Positions 50,905 through 62,799 of a stretch of 64,000 nucleotides of DNA are shown here, piece after piece. The notes under the pieces are model-generated. The model ran no database searches, was not told the origin of the DNA, and saw nothing but the letters and a program-made list of their open reading frames with translations. Source of the stretch: Octopus bimaculoides (lineage: Eukaryota); the NCBI RefSeq assembly GCF_001194135.2, contig NC_068982.1:42050134-42114133 (forward strand), in the 5' to 3' direction. Position 1 is the first letter of the stretch, and every line of letters begins with the position of its first letter. The position numbers were made by a program, and so were the translations under genes.

Positions 50905-51056
50905 TTTTCATCTGCCATTTTCACCCACAAGGCATTGGTCAACCTGAAGCTATAAGCTATAGTTGAAGATATTTATCTAAGATACCATGCAGTGGGATTG
51001 AACCTGAAATCATGTGCTTGCAAAACAACTTCATAACCACACACCCATGTTTGTGC
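50905..51056 (-). mobile_element. SINE family A head, CpG-depleted (OTC intron 1)
   Basis: Matches the family A head with its CpGs converted to TG or CA. Confidence 0.7.
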
Positions 51057-51798
51057 CTATATAAGAGTGAAGTGATGGAGGCCATGGGAAAACTATTGGG
51101 AGCTGTCTTAATCTGTATTAATAAAGGCAAAATTCTGTCTGTCCATCTGGGACCCCTGTATATCAATCTACATTTGCTCTACATGGACATATTATACCTT
51201 TTTGGAATTAGAATGATTCTGGAATTGAAAATCTGCCCTTCATTTGGTTTTGAACATCCAGCATTGGGATCTGATTTAAAAGCATTTAGGTTGCTATTTC
51301 TAGCAGGTAAAACTTGGCTTATTCAGGCCATCTTGGTATGCTCTGATGTCAAATGACATCAGAGGTCAAAGGTGAGGATAAATGACATTTACTTTGTTAA
51401 TTTTGCATTGAGATAAGAACTTTGGGACAAATTGGCCCACAGTTGGAATTCAACTTGGGACTGGAACAATAGAATAATTGCATTACAGAATTAATTCTCA
51501 TCTGTCCTTAACCTCTGATCAAACACCGCTGAGTCATGTAGTCATTATAGACATTTTATAGTCATGCTATTTAGTTCTTAGTCTTGGGTCACAGGCCCAA
51601 TTAACCTTCTATAGGAGCCAGCCTTAAAAGTCCAAACAGAATGTGGCTTTTAAGCTAGTGTTGAATAAATATGAAAATAAATATATTCATTATTAATAAT
51701 TAGTAATTGTAAAAATTAAATTTTTTTTTTTTTGTTGTCTCAACTTCACATGTTTATCCTTCATCGAATATTTTTCTATCCCTTGTTGATTTTGACAG

Positions 51799-51910
51799 CT
51801 CACTTGTGGGAAGAGATTTTGACAGCTTAAAATATTACCAACCTGACGAAATTAGGCAACTGCTATGGACAGCAAACGATTTGAAGGTTCGCATAAAAAA
51901 AGACAAAGAG
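51799..51910 (+). CDS. OTC: OTC coding exon 2
   Basis: Acceptor ttttgacag| after a long AG-free pyrimidine tract. Encodes SLVGRDFDSLKYYQPDEIRQLLWTANDLKVRIKKDKE, similar to vertebrate [30 protein letters not shown]. Donor GAG|gtaagt. Confidence 0.95.
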
Positions 51911-51999
51911 GTAAGTATCTGTTATTTAAACAGAATTATCATTAAAAATATTAATGTTCCTTGTCCTATTCAATCTCATTAATAAGAGTCTGTACCATC

Positions 52000-52595
52000 A
52001 TCACTATATCATCATTGAACAGCGGCTTTCAATTCTGACATAGATTGGATGGTTTGATAAGAACTGGTAAGTCAGAGGACTGTGCCAAGCTCCACTTTTT
52101 ACTTCAGCATGGTTTCTATGGCTGGATGCCTTTCCTAATACCACCCACTTTACAGAGTGTACTGGGTGCTTTATATATGGCACCAGCATCAATACATACA
52201 TACATACATACATACATACATACATACATACATACATACATACATACATACATACATACATACATACATACATACATACATACATGCATGCATGCATACA
52301 TACATACATACATACATACATACATACATACATCGTTCATAATAGAAAGCACCCATGCTGGTGACGTACAAATGGAACACGTACTGGTGATATGTAAAAG
52401 GCACTTGTGCTAGTGACACATAACCGACACTCAGTACACACTATGGAGTGGTTGGTGTTTGGAAGGGCATCCAGCCATAGAAGCCAAGCCAAAACAGACT
52501 GGAGCCTGAAACAGCTCTCCAGCTTACCAGTTCCAGTCAAACTGTCTTACTCATGCCAGCATGTAAAAGTGGATGCTAAATGATGATGATGATCA
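52000..52595. mobile_element. Two opposed RTE 3'-UTR tails separated by (ATAC)n
   Basis: ggctggatgcctttcc (minus copy, ~52000-52190) and ggaagggcatccagcc (plus copy, ~52340-52595). Confidence 0.75.
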
Positions 52596-52609
52596 CACAT
52601 GCGCGCGCG

Positions 52610-52648
<39 letters not shown>

Positions 52649-53485
52649 GTGTATATTTATTACATTTTTTACAAGGAGAATGGTAATAATGGCTTTGAAG
52701 TTTTGGATTGTCAGACTGAAACTTTGAAGCCATGATTGCAATCTCCTTGTAGAAGTATAATAGATATGGACTCTGCAAAAAGTACTGAGTAATATTTTAG
52801 TTTCATGTAAATTTGTTTTTATTATAACCNNNNNNNNNNNNNNNNNNNNNNNNNNNNNNNNNNNNNNNNNNNNNNNNNNNNNNNNNNNNNNNNNNNNNNN
52901 NNNNNNNNNNNNNNNNNNNNNNNNNNNNNNNNNNNNNNNNNNNNNNNNNNNNNNNNNNNNNNNNNNNNNNNNNNNNNNNNNNNNNNNNNNNNNNNNNNNN
53001 NNNNNNNNNNNNNNNNNNNNNNNNNNNNNNNNNNNNNNNNNNNNNNNNNNNNNNNNNNNNNNNNNNNNNNNNNNNNNNNNNNNNNNNNNNNNNNNNNNNN
53101 NNNNNNNNNNNNNNNNNNNNNNNNNNNNNNNNNNNNNNNNNNNNNNNNNNNNNNNNNNNNNNNNNNNNNNNNNNNNNNNNNNNNNNNNNNNNNNNNNNNN
53201 NNNNNNNNNNNNNNNNNNNNNNNNNNNNNNNNNNNNNNNNNNNNNNNNNNNNNNNNNNNNNNNNNNNNNNNNNNNNNNNNNNNNNNNNNNNNNNNNNNNN
53301 NNNNNNNNNNNNNNNNNNNNNNNNNNNNNNNNNNNNNNNNNNNNNNNNNNNNNNNNNNNNNNNNNNNNNNNNNNNNNNNNNNNNNNNNNNNNNNNNNNNN
53401 NNNNNNNNNNNNNNNNNNNNNNNNNNNNNNNNNNNNNNNNNNNNNNNNNNNNNNNNNNNNNNNNNNNNNNNNNNNNNNNNNNNNN

Positions 53486-53521
<36 letters not shown>

Positions 53522-53682
53522 CTCTCTGAGTGGTTGGCGTTAGGAAGGGCATCCAGCTGTAGAAACTCTGCCAAATTAGATTGGAGCCTGGTGTTGCCAT
53601 CCGGTTTCACCAGTCCTCAGTCAAATCGTCCAACCCATGCTAGCATGGAAAGCGGACGTTAAACGATGATGATGATGATGAT
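53522..53682 (+). mobile_element. Young RTE 3'-UTR tail
   Basis: gttggcgttaggaagggcatccagctgtag..ggacgttaaacgatgatgatgatg. Confidence 0.85.
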
Positions 53683-53687
53683 ATATA

Positions 53688-54062
53688 CAGGGTGATTCAA
53701 AAATCTCCATACATAGGAAAAAATTATGTTTTTATAAGAGACAGTTTATAAGATCCCCTAGATTCCTTGATCTGACCACTCTTGATTTCTGTCTTTGGGG
53801 GCATTTGAAAGGTATGGTGTATCGCAGAAAGATAAAAGACATAAATGAATTGAAGGAATGCATCGCCAACTCATTTGCACACGTATCACCAGATGTGCTA
53901 TTACGAGTTCACAATGAGTGGGGTAAACGTATTGCAATGTGTATTCAAAACAATGGTAACCATATAGAGCCTGTTAAATAAATTTAAAAAACTGTTCTTA
54001 TAAAATGTTTCTTATAAAAAAGATAAATTGTTCCTATGTATGGCGACTTTTGAATCACCCTG
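53688..54062 (+). mobile_element. Tc1/mariner-type MITE retaining an open transposase C-terminus
   Basis: TA|CAGGGTGATTCAAAAATCTCCATACATAGG...CCTATGTATGGCGACTTTTGAATCACCCTG|TA. Stop-free SPRFLDLTTLDFCLWGHLKGMVY..NGNHIEPVK* from 53754. Confidence 0.92.
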
Positions 54063-54069
54063 TATATAT

Positions 54070-54316
54070 ATCGTTACTAGCGTCGCCTTACTGGCACTTG
54101 TGCCGGTGGCATGTTAGAAAACATTCGAGCGAGGTCGTTGCCAGTGCCGCTGGACTGGCTCCTGTGCAGGTGGCACGTAAAAAATACTATTTTGAGCATG
54201 GCCGTTGCCAGTACCGTGTGACTGGCCCTCGTACTGGTGGCACGTAAAAGCACCCACTACACTCTTGGAGTGGTTGGTATTAGGAAGGGCATCCAGCTGT
54301 AGAAACTCTGCCAGAT
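54070..54316 (+). mobile_element. RTE 3'-UTR tail with internal ~70-bp tandem units
   Basis: Three ctggc..gtggca(c/t)gt(a/t)a units, then gttggtattaggaagggcatccagctgtag. Confidence 0.7.
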
Positions 54317-54599
54317 CATATATATATATATATGTGTGTGTATATTTATATATATTTATATATATAGTATGTTCAGGTTATTTTAAATCAAGTTTAAGAA
54401 TAACTGAATATTTACTGATGGGGTGGCTCATTACTGAGAGTAGGGTTAAATTTATTTGTCAAGTTCAATTTGACTGAGACTGTACTCTATGTATGTCTTC
54501 TTGTGTGTCTTAATTTATCCTCTTCCAAATACAAACAAATCTTAGCATTTCTATTAGAGTTAATATTAAGTTTTCAATTTTTTTTCTATTTGTTTCCAG

Positions 54600-54681
54600 C
54601 TGTATCAGCCTCTAGTAGGAAAGTCTTTGGCAATGATTTTCCAGAAGAGAAGTACACGAACTAGAGTTTCTTCAGAAACAG
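54600..54681 (+). CDS. OTC: OTC coding exon 3 (carbamoyl-phosphate binding STRTR motif)
   Basis: tttccag|, encodes LYQPLVGKSLAMIFQKRSTRTRVSSETG, |gtaatg. 82 nt. Confidence 0.97.
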
Positions 54682-55140
54682 GTAATGTAAACACTTAAAA
54701 GCAAATTGATTCTTTTGTAACAGATATTTTTGTAGATATCAAAACTGCTGAGTATCATTCATGGCTTCAATTCTGTTGCGTTGTTGTGTCACCAGGAAAG
54801 ATTACACATTTCTAGTTAGTGTTGTTAAGAAGCTTGACAACCAGTGTTTGTTTTTGTTCTTGCAACTTAGCAGTTCAGCAATAGTGGCTGACAAAATAAG
54901 AACCAGACTTACAAATAAGCACTTGGATTGATTTGTTTCAGTAAACTCTGCAAGATGGTACCCCAGCATGGTTGCAATCCAAAGACTTAAACAAGATAAC
55001 ATCAATAGATAACCAATAAAAAAGAATGATGACCAGAGGAAACTTTTCGTTATTTTATGTGCTGTTTCTAGCAAAATTTGTATCTAATTGATTGAAAATC
55101 TTGTTTTTCTGACATTTCTTTAGAATTCAGTGGGTGAAAC

Positions 55141-55728
55141 CAGCTCCGTTGCATGACTTTTAGAAGCCCCCTACAACTTGTTTGTTTCAAGGCCCCATCC
55201 CTTCAATCAGAATTCATAATATAGCTATATTTTACTTTATTCTATCAGAAGTTCAATATTTCACTTTATCCTAAGAACATCTTTAAATATACAACAAGTT
55301 AAATTTATTCAGGTCTATTACGAATTTCAATAAGTAAAAACTTCCAGATATGAATAAAAGAACACTTTTATAATCCAGGCAACTTTCAAAGACAAACATG
55401 GTGCACTTTTTGTTTCACAAAATCATTGAGCAGTTCAGAATAATCAAGCTGAGAGCTAAGTTCATATTCAATAGATATCATAGACAATCCAGAAAGTCTG
55501 GTACACGTTTGGGGTACAATGTAATATTTTACAAGCTAGTTTTGCAGGTGCAATATTTTACCATTTTATTTCTTGAAATTTTCAGTTAACATAGTTTAAT
55601 TCGTGTTCAATATCTTAACCAGCGTAAATAGATGACTCATCTCCGTACTTTGATCTTAACATGGGGGCCCCCTCAACCGCGGAGCCCCCTGCAATTGCAG
55701 GGGTTGCAAGGTCTTAGCGACGGCCCTG
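55141..55728. mobile_element. hAT-like non-autonomous element
   Basis: Exact 8-bp TSD GGTGAAAC (55133-55140, 55729-55736). Ends CAGCTCCGTTGC / GCGACGGCCCTG; GC-rich subterminal palindromes. Confidence 0.75.
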
Positions 55729-55841
55729 GGTGAAACTGATGTGTACTGTTGTTTACAATGCCACAAGTTTATTCCTTTTATATATGTTTCATCAAATCAT
55801 TTTATATACGCATTTCTAAAAGCCATGATAGATAGATAGAT

Positions 55842-55872
<31 letters not shown>

Positions 55873-56197
55873 GAAGGGTGGGTGGAGATTAGATGTTGAT
55901 TAGATGTGCAATGGAGATTAGATGGACAACGCTATATTCTGTCACCAACAGCTGCGTACCAGAGTAGGAAATTTTCAAGATGGTTAAAGCTCTTGCAGTA
56001 GCAGCAGCAGCAGTAGCAGCAAATGCATGATGTGGCAAGCATTGTTTGAAAGAATTTAAAATATTTTAGCGAATTAAATATACTCGTTTTTACATTGTAT
56101 TTAAGTCAGTTATACTCTCATCAAGGAGAACGAATCTAAAGACTACGGCCTCCTCTTTAAACGAGGCCCAAACTTTCGCAATTTAGGTCAGAGCGTC

Positions 56198-56392
56198 GAG
56201 TTGGCAGAAACGTTAGCACGCCGGTAACGTAGCGGTATTTCGTCTGCCTTTACGTTCTGAATTCAAATTTCGCAGAGGTCGACTTTGTCTTTCATCCGTT
56301 CCAGATCGATAAATTAAGTATCAGTTGCGTACTGGGGTCGATCTTATCGACTGGCCCCCTCCCCCAAAATTTCGAGCCTTGTACCTAGAGTG
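56198..56392 (+). mobile_element. SINE family B (OTC intron 3)
   Basis: Same consensus as the copies at 17205-17592. Confidence 0.85.
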
Positions 56393-56835
56393 AAAAAAAA
56401 AAAAAGAATTCAGATCAACGCATAACAGTATAAGGGAGACAAATCTTAAAACTTCTGAATTACCTCCCTTGAATTAAAGAAACTTCGACTGTGTAAACTT
56501 CTTCACTGTTGCCTTGAACATGGTTGTGAAGCAAGCTTTTTAACCACCCACAGTGATATATAGAAATAAATGTACACACACACACACACACACACACACT
56601 CTCTCTCTCTCTCTCTTTCTCTCTTTTCAGTGATCTCATCTTTGATATTACATAATTTGAAGTAGGTATAAATATAACACAATTTTACCATTATCATTTA
56701 TACAATTTAAACTTAAGGTTTCACCATTTTCATTTAAAATCATCTACATTTTATCTCGTAGCAGGAGGATTCACTACCATCCCTAACATGTTTTTCTTTT
56801 AGCATCTTCTTTTCATTCTCTAAAAAACTTTATCT

Positions 56836-57190
56836 TTTATCTCTTACCTTTTACTCGTGTCAGTCATTAGACTGCAGCTACGCTGGGGCACTGCCTTGAA
56901 GAATGCTTAGTCAAATGAATCGACTCCAATACTTATTTTTTGTTAAGCCTTGTACTTACTCGGTTGGGGATTTTTTTTGCCAAACTGCTCAGTTATGGGG
57001 ACATAAACACACCAATACCAGTTGTCAAGCAATGATGTGAAACACACACAGACACACATATATGATGGGCTTCTTTCAGTTTTCCATCTACAAAATCCAC
57101 TCCCAAAGCATTGGTCAGCCTGAGGCTATAGTAAAAGACACTTGCCCAAGTTTCCACACAGTGGGACTGAACCCGGAACCGTGTGGTTGG
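56836..57190 (-). mobile_element. SINE family A, CpG-depleted (OTC intron 3)
   Basis: gccaaactgct and ttatggggacataaac, versus gccgaaccgct and ttacggggacgtaaac in young copies. Confidence 0.85.
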
Positions 57191-57239
57191 GAAATTTATT
57201 TATATCATTAAAAGGTTTTCTTCGTTAAAAGTTTGCATA

Positions 57240-57689
57240 GGCGTAGGAGTGGCTGTGTGGTAAGTAGCTTGCTTACCAACTACATGGTTCCGGGTTCAGT
57301 CCCAATGCGTGGCACCTTGGGCAAGTGTCTTCTACAATAGCCTCGGGCCGACCAAAGCCTTGTGAATGGATTTGGTAGACGGAAACTGAAAAAAGCCCGT
57401 CGTATATATGTATATATGTATGCGTGTGTGTGTATATGTTTGTGTGTCTGTGTTTGTCCCCTCCCAACAGTGTTTGTCCCCTCCTAACAGTGTTTGTCCT
57501 CTCCCAACATCGCTTGACAACCGATGGTGGTGTGTTTACTTCCCCGTAGCTTGGCGGTTCGGCAAAAGAGACCGATAGAATAAGTACTAGGCTTACAAAG
57601 AATAAGTCCTGGGGTCGATTTGATCGACTAAAAGTGGTGCTCCAGCATGGCCACAGTCAAATGACCGAAACAAGTAAAAGAGTAAAGAG
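57240..57689 (+). mobile_element. SINE family A, young full-length copy (OTC intron 3)
   Basis: Complete head to tail, ending about 35 nt before exon 4. Contains an internal 20-bp triplication at ~57460-57520. Confidence 0.92.
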
Positions 57690-57723
57690 TATATAATGAA
57701 GTAGTTTCATATTTTTTTTCCAG

Positions 57724-57811
57724 GAATGAACCTTCTTGGAGGTCAATCCGTTTTCCTTGGCCCAGAAGATGTCCATATTGGTGTGAATGAAAGCATCAAA
57801 GATACTGCTCG
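57724..57811 (+). CDS. OTC: OTC coding exon 4
   Basis: ttttccag|, encodes GMNLLGGQSVFLGPEDVHIGVNESIKDTAR, |gtaatt. 88 nt. Confidence 0.97.
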
Positions 57812-58670
57812 GTAATTACATCTCTATGTTACATTTGGTCCTGATATGTTGCATTCTTACAAAAATAATATTTTCTATATTTGCAAACAGTGCCACCTTA
57901 AGACATGAGCACACTAGGCCTCACAAGTCTAGGGAGTCCAGTTCTGACCTGTGTATGCTGTGGCTTGCTATCAATAACTAAATACTATAGGGCAAAATGC
58001 ACTGATTTGCCTGGAGGCCTCACGAGTCTAGACGCCCAAATCAGACCTATGTATATTGTAGCATCATCACTTAATGTCTGTTTTCCATATGGGCATAGGT
58101 TGGACTGTTTGACTGGGACTGACTAGGCAGAAGACCACAGTAGGCTTCACTGTCTGTTTTGGCAGGATTTTTACAGCTGGATGCTCCTCCTAACACCAAC
58201 ACTTTATAAAGTGCCTTGCAGTCAATAAATAAAAAACTATAGGGCCTACTGCATTGATTTACCTTTTTGGGGCCAATTAAATAAGCACCAGTTGAGTACT
58301 GGGGTAGATGTAACCGACTAACCTCCTCCTCTGAAGTTGCTGGCCTTGTGCCAAAATTTGAATCCAAAAATCAACTATTGGTACAAGGCCACATTTTTTG
58401 TGGGGTGAGAGTAGCTTGTCAGTTATATTGGTGCCAAGTATTTGATTGGTTCTGTATTTTATTGACTCCTTTTTGTTTGTCACTTTACTGTCTTTTCCAT
58501 TGGCCACCTTTGTATGTCATCATCATCATCATCATCATCATCATTTAACATATATCTTCCATACTGGTATGGGTTGGACATAACAATTGATAATTACAGG
58601 GTTGTTAGAGTTGTCTCAAATGGCATTATTTCTTATCGATTTTTTTTGGATTATTTTTAATCTTTTGCAG

Positions 58671-58824
58671 TGTTCTTTGCCAAATGTGTGATGTAATACT
58701 AGCTAGAGTCTATGGTCATGATGTGGTTGATACACTCGCTTCAGAAAGTTCTGTTCCTGTGATAAATGGATTGTCTGATCTCTTCCATCCTCTGCAGATC
58801 CTTGCTGACTTGCTCACGCTACAG
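58671..58824 (+). CDS. OTC: OTC coding exon 5 (HPxQ motif)
   Basis: cttttgcag|, encodes [51 protein letters not shown], |gtaata. 154 nt. Confidence 0.98.
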
Positions 58825-59369
58825 GTAATACCATGTCACTAATTATCACCTTTCTTATAACGAACATACAAACAAGTTTCTACATTATCCCCTGATCTGC
58901 TTAATGAGTGGCAATATTTTCTTTTTTTCTTTTGTGACATACTATTTACCATCTTTAAAACAATATTGTATGTTTGAATATCTCAAGTCAAGTCTTAGGA
59001 CAGGATGTCCACAATAGCCATGGCTGGAATTATGATTCTTCAACCAATTACCTTTGTGTGTGTGTGATGTGGATAAGGGCATAGGCATGATGAAATGGCT
59101 ATGAAGTTTGCTCCATAATCATATGATCCTGAGTTTGATCCCAGTGCTCAATATTTAAGGTGTCTTCTACCATTATCTCAAATAGTAAATCTCATTAGCA
59201 GAATGAAGCTAACAAAAACTGTGTAAAATCTGTTTAGATGAAACTATACTTGTAATTCAAAGTGACAGCTTTGCCACTTGCAACGTCTGGCTGAGTACAC
59301 TTGAGGAGTTTTTTTTTTTTGTACAAAAATCCCAGGGAAAACAAGAAGCCACTTAGTGTAAGGGACTAT

Positions 59370-59880
59370 GAAGAAGAAGAAGTTAAGATGAAAGGAACGA
59401 ACTTACTTTAGACTTGAAAGAGATCAGGTCATAAAATGAAGGAAAACAGGGAGATGGAAGAGAGTTCCTCAGTCTGGTAGTTTGTGGAAGAAAGCTACGA
59501 CTGTAGAAAGACTTCCTTATTCACTGAAGCACAACAACATTTAGATGGAGATGCTGTGAGTTCTAAGTCAGGCAAGATGATATAGAGGGGTATGGAACTA
59601 AGAGAGAAAGTTCATAAGAGGACTTCCTGTGGCAGTAACAATAGAAATGACTAAGACTGGTGATTTCATGTTGATGTGACAAGGGTTGCAGAGTTGAAGT
59701 AAGAGAAGGATTAATTAAATTAGGGACTCTCTTTTAAACCTGGTCAAGGAGATCCAAGTGTCAAAATGGTGCATCTGGCCAAATATGACAACAGTATTCC
59801 ATACAAGGACGAATTGTGGATTTGTAAAGATAGAAAATGGTCTTGGATGTGAGGTAGTCCTTTGAATTTGATGATGACTA
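59370..59880 (-). mobile_element. Non-LTR (CR1/Jockey-group) LINE 3' fragment (OTC intron 5)
   Basis: YLYKSTIRPCMEYCCHIWPDAP..LDLLDQV.KRV..SLTSTLQPLSH..SLSHFYCY and FFPQTTRL.NSLP, with stops. Confidence 0.85.
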
Positions 59881-60210
59881 TCTTCTCCATTAATTATGGA
59901 CACTTTGATGCCTGTACTGTTTATACCAAGTGTTTATGGAATATTCAGCCACTTATATTTGAACTAACAACTAGAACACTCATAAATGAAACTTATGCTA
60001 GATCAATCAATGCCTATAAATGTCTTTTATTCCTACAGAAAATGCAAAAATTAGATTCAGTTAATTGATCTTTTAGAGCAGTGGTTCTCAACCAGGGTCC
60101 ATATAAGATTTTTGGCAGTCCATGATCAAAACGATGCTAGTCAAAGTCAAACATTCTTTTTTTTTGTTTTACTTTAGTTTACCTTGTTTTACATTATCCA
60201 AATGTATACA

Positions 60211-60601
60211 CTTTACTCTTTTACTTGTTTCAGTCATTTGACTGCGGCCATGCTGGAGCACCGCCTTTAGTCAAACAAATCGACTCCAGGACTTATTCTT
60301 TTGTAAGCCTAGTACTTATTCTATCGATCTCTTTTTGCTGAACCGCCAAGTTACGGGGATGCAAACACACCAGCATCGGCTGTCAAGCGATAGTGGGGTG
60401 GGGGGACAAACACAGACACACAAACACACACATATATATAATATACATATATACGATGGGCTTCTTTCAGTTTCCGTCTACCAAATCCACTCACAAAGCT
60501 TTGGTCGGCCTGAGGCTATAGTAGAAGACACTTGCCCAAGGTGCCACGCAGTGGGACTGAACCCGGAACCATGTGGTTGGTAAGCAAGCTACTTATCACA
60601 G
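60211..60601 (-). mobile_element. SINE family A, near full length (OTC intron 5)
   Basis: Reverse complement of the young consensus. Confidence 0.9.
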
Positions 60602-60766
60602 GTGGTAGGATGTCATTTGAAGGATACACAGTTGCTATTTTTTGCAGATCAAGTGACTACATAGAAACCCCTTTGTTAGCTTTTCTAATGTTTTTGTATA
60701 TATCGCAGTATGAATTTCTTCTTCTGCTAATATTATCTATCTTCCTTATTGTTTCCATATTTCTAG

Positions 60767-60889
60767 GAACATTTTGGTGGACTGCGGGACTTGAAGTTGG
60801 CTTGGGTTGGTGATGGTAACAACATTATCCACTCCCTGATGATTGCTTGTGCTAAGCTTGGAATAGAAATATGCATTGCTACACCATTG
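60767..60889 (+). CDS. OTC: OTC coding exon 6 (GDGNN motif)
   Basis: atttctag|, encodes EHFGGLRDLKLAWVGDGNNIIHSLMIACAKLGIEICIATPL, |gtaatt. 123 nt. Later exons are not in the window. Confidence 0.97.
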
Positions 60890-60945
60890 GTAATTTTGCA
60901 TGCCATTCTTTTCTAATAACTTGCAATAGTTGTGTGATACTAACC

Positions 60946-61050
60946 TTTCCCTAATAACTGACAGTATTTCTATGAATACTAATATTTCCCTTAATAATTG
61001 ACAGTGTTTCTGTAAATGTTAATATTTCCCTAATAACTGACAATGTTTAT
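60946..61050. repeat. ~39-bp tandem repeat, about 2.6 copies
   Basis: tttccctaataactgacagt.tttct.t.aat..taata units, starting about 55 nt after the exon 6 donor. Confidence 0.8.
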
Positions 61051-61329
61051 TGTTTTAACATAGTATGGCCATAAGAGATGTTATCTCTGTACAAATATCA
61101 GAGTATCTGGTCCATCAACAATGTTTCTGTGAATGCTATCTTTTTCTTAATAAATGATAAAAGGTTTCTTGCAAAGACCAAAACTTGTCAATTTTAATGT
61201 AGGAGTTAATTTTGTTCTGTATGTTTTTGATTGTTTCTCTGCTTGTTGTTTGTCTTTTCTTTTCTTTTTGTTCTTTGTTCCCTTTATTTACAATGAATAT
61301 AATTAATATTATGAATATAATGAGCTTAC

Positions 61330-62280
61330 TGTATTTAGTGCTCAGGTGTATTTCAGTGTATCAGAAAAGGGCAAAAGAAGGGACAGAAAGTAGCAATAAG
61401 TCAAGCAAAGAGAGACAGCAATGCCAGCTAAATATAGGATAAAAAAGAACATGTTAAAACACAAGAAGGCTGGAAAGGACAGTTTGAGGGCCACAAAGAA
61501 GGAAGGGTGCATAAGCATGTTAGGAATAATGTTGGCAAATTTTGGGAACCATACAAGTTTTGAAAGATAAAGTATCCTAACATTAATGTGGATAGTTTCT
61601 TCCATGCTTTGGTAATTTTAAGCATGCAAAAATGTTTCTAAAAGTCATGAATGCTGCACTCTTTTTCTAATTTTCTAAGCATGTTCACGAGTGGTTGAGA
61701 TACTGAATTCAAAAAGCTGGTTAAACTTATCATAACAATGCTAGATAATCCTGTGAGCTTCTACCAAGTCAGTTGTTGGATGTTGAAGCTTTAGTGTGTC
61801 ACTATCAAGATAAGTAAAATATTCAAGATATAGTGAGTGATGAAGGTATTCTTTTGGTTGCATGTCACTAAATAGCTTCCAATATATTGATATTCTCAAC
61901 AAGTCAAGTGTTCCAGACTGGAGATGCAAACTCTAAGCATGGATGTACCATATCCATATATAGCTTTAAACAGACAGCTGGTGAGTGGCTGACAAAGGTC
62001 TTGATCTAAGACACCTCAGTCTTTTTGACAATTTTAAAAATGTGGTTCATCCAATGCAGATTGTTGTTAACCATAATACCTTGTTCACGTTCACCATCAA
62101 ACTTCTCAAGGTTGGTGTTGTGGATGGAGTTGGTTAATTCTGGGGTTATTCTCCCAAAATCTTCAGAGGTGCATTTATCTGTAGCCAGCTTGTGTTGTCA
62201 GTCAGCAGTCCATTGCTGCATATGTCCAGGTCAGATTATAGGAAAGATGTATAGTATATAGGAGTCATTCTTTTTGTATG
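61330..62280 (-). mobile_element. CR1-like LINE fragment (OTC intron 6)
   Basis: EREQGIMVNNNLHWMNHIFKIVKK..LKLYMDMVHPCLEFASPVWN..NINILEAI..HATKRIP..DLVEAHRII, heavily decayed. Confidence 0.8.
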
Positions 62281-62799
62281 TTCTCTGACTATAAGCAAAA
62301 ACATGTGTGGTGTTCTTTACTTATAATCAACTATGAAGGCATGTCTGGGTTTTTAGTATGATCTTTGCTAACAAAAAGCTCATTGTTTCCAGGTGACAGT
62401 ATAACTATATCTGGGTTGTTCTTTGTTTGATAAGCTAGGGGATTATTACCTTATTTGGAAACAGATGAGGATGGGTGACAAGAAGGGCATCTTGTTATAG
62501 AAAATCTATGTCAATGAATTCCATCTGATTCAGGCAAGCATGGAAAAGTGGATGTTAAAATTATAATGATTACGTATAGCTTAGTGTTATCTGCATATTC
62601 TACAAGAATTTCAGTTGCAAGATTGTCCCAGTGCTACGTTAATAGACACCTGCCCAACATGCTATACAGTGAGATCACACAGAAGCAAACTTCTCAATGA
62701 TGCAGCCTCCTTACACTATGATTTGTAGAACTAGTGGGATGGAACAAAAGTGCACATAATTTTTTAAGTAAAACTCAGAAACAATATTTAGATATTTGT

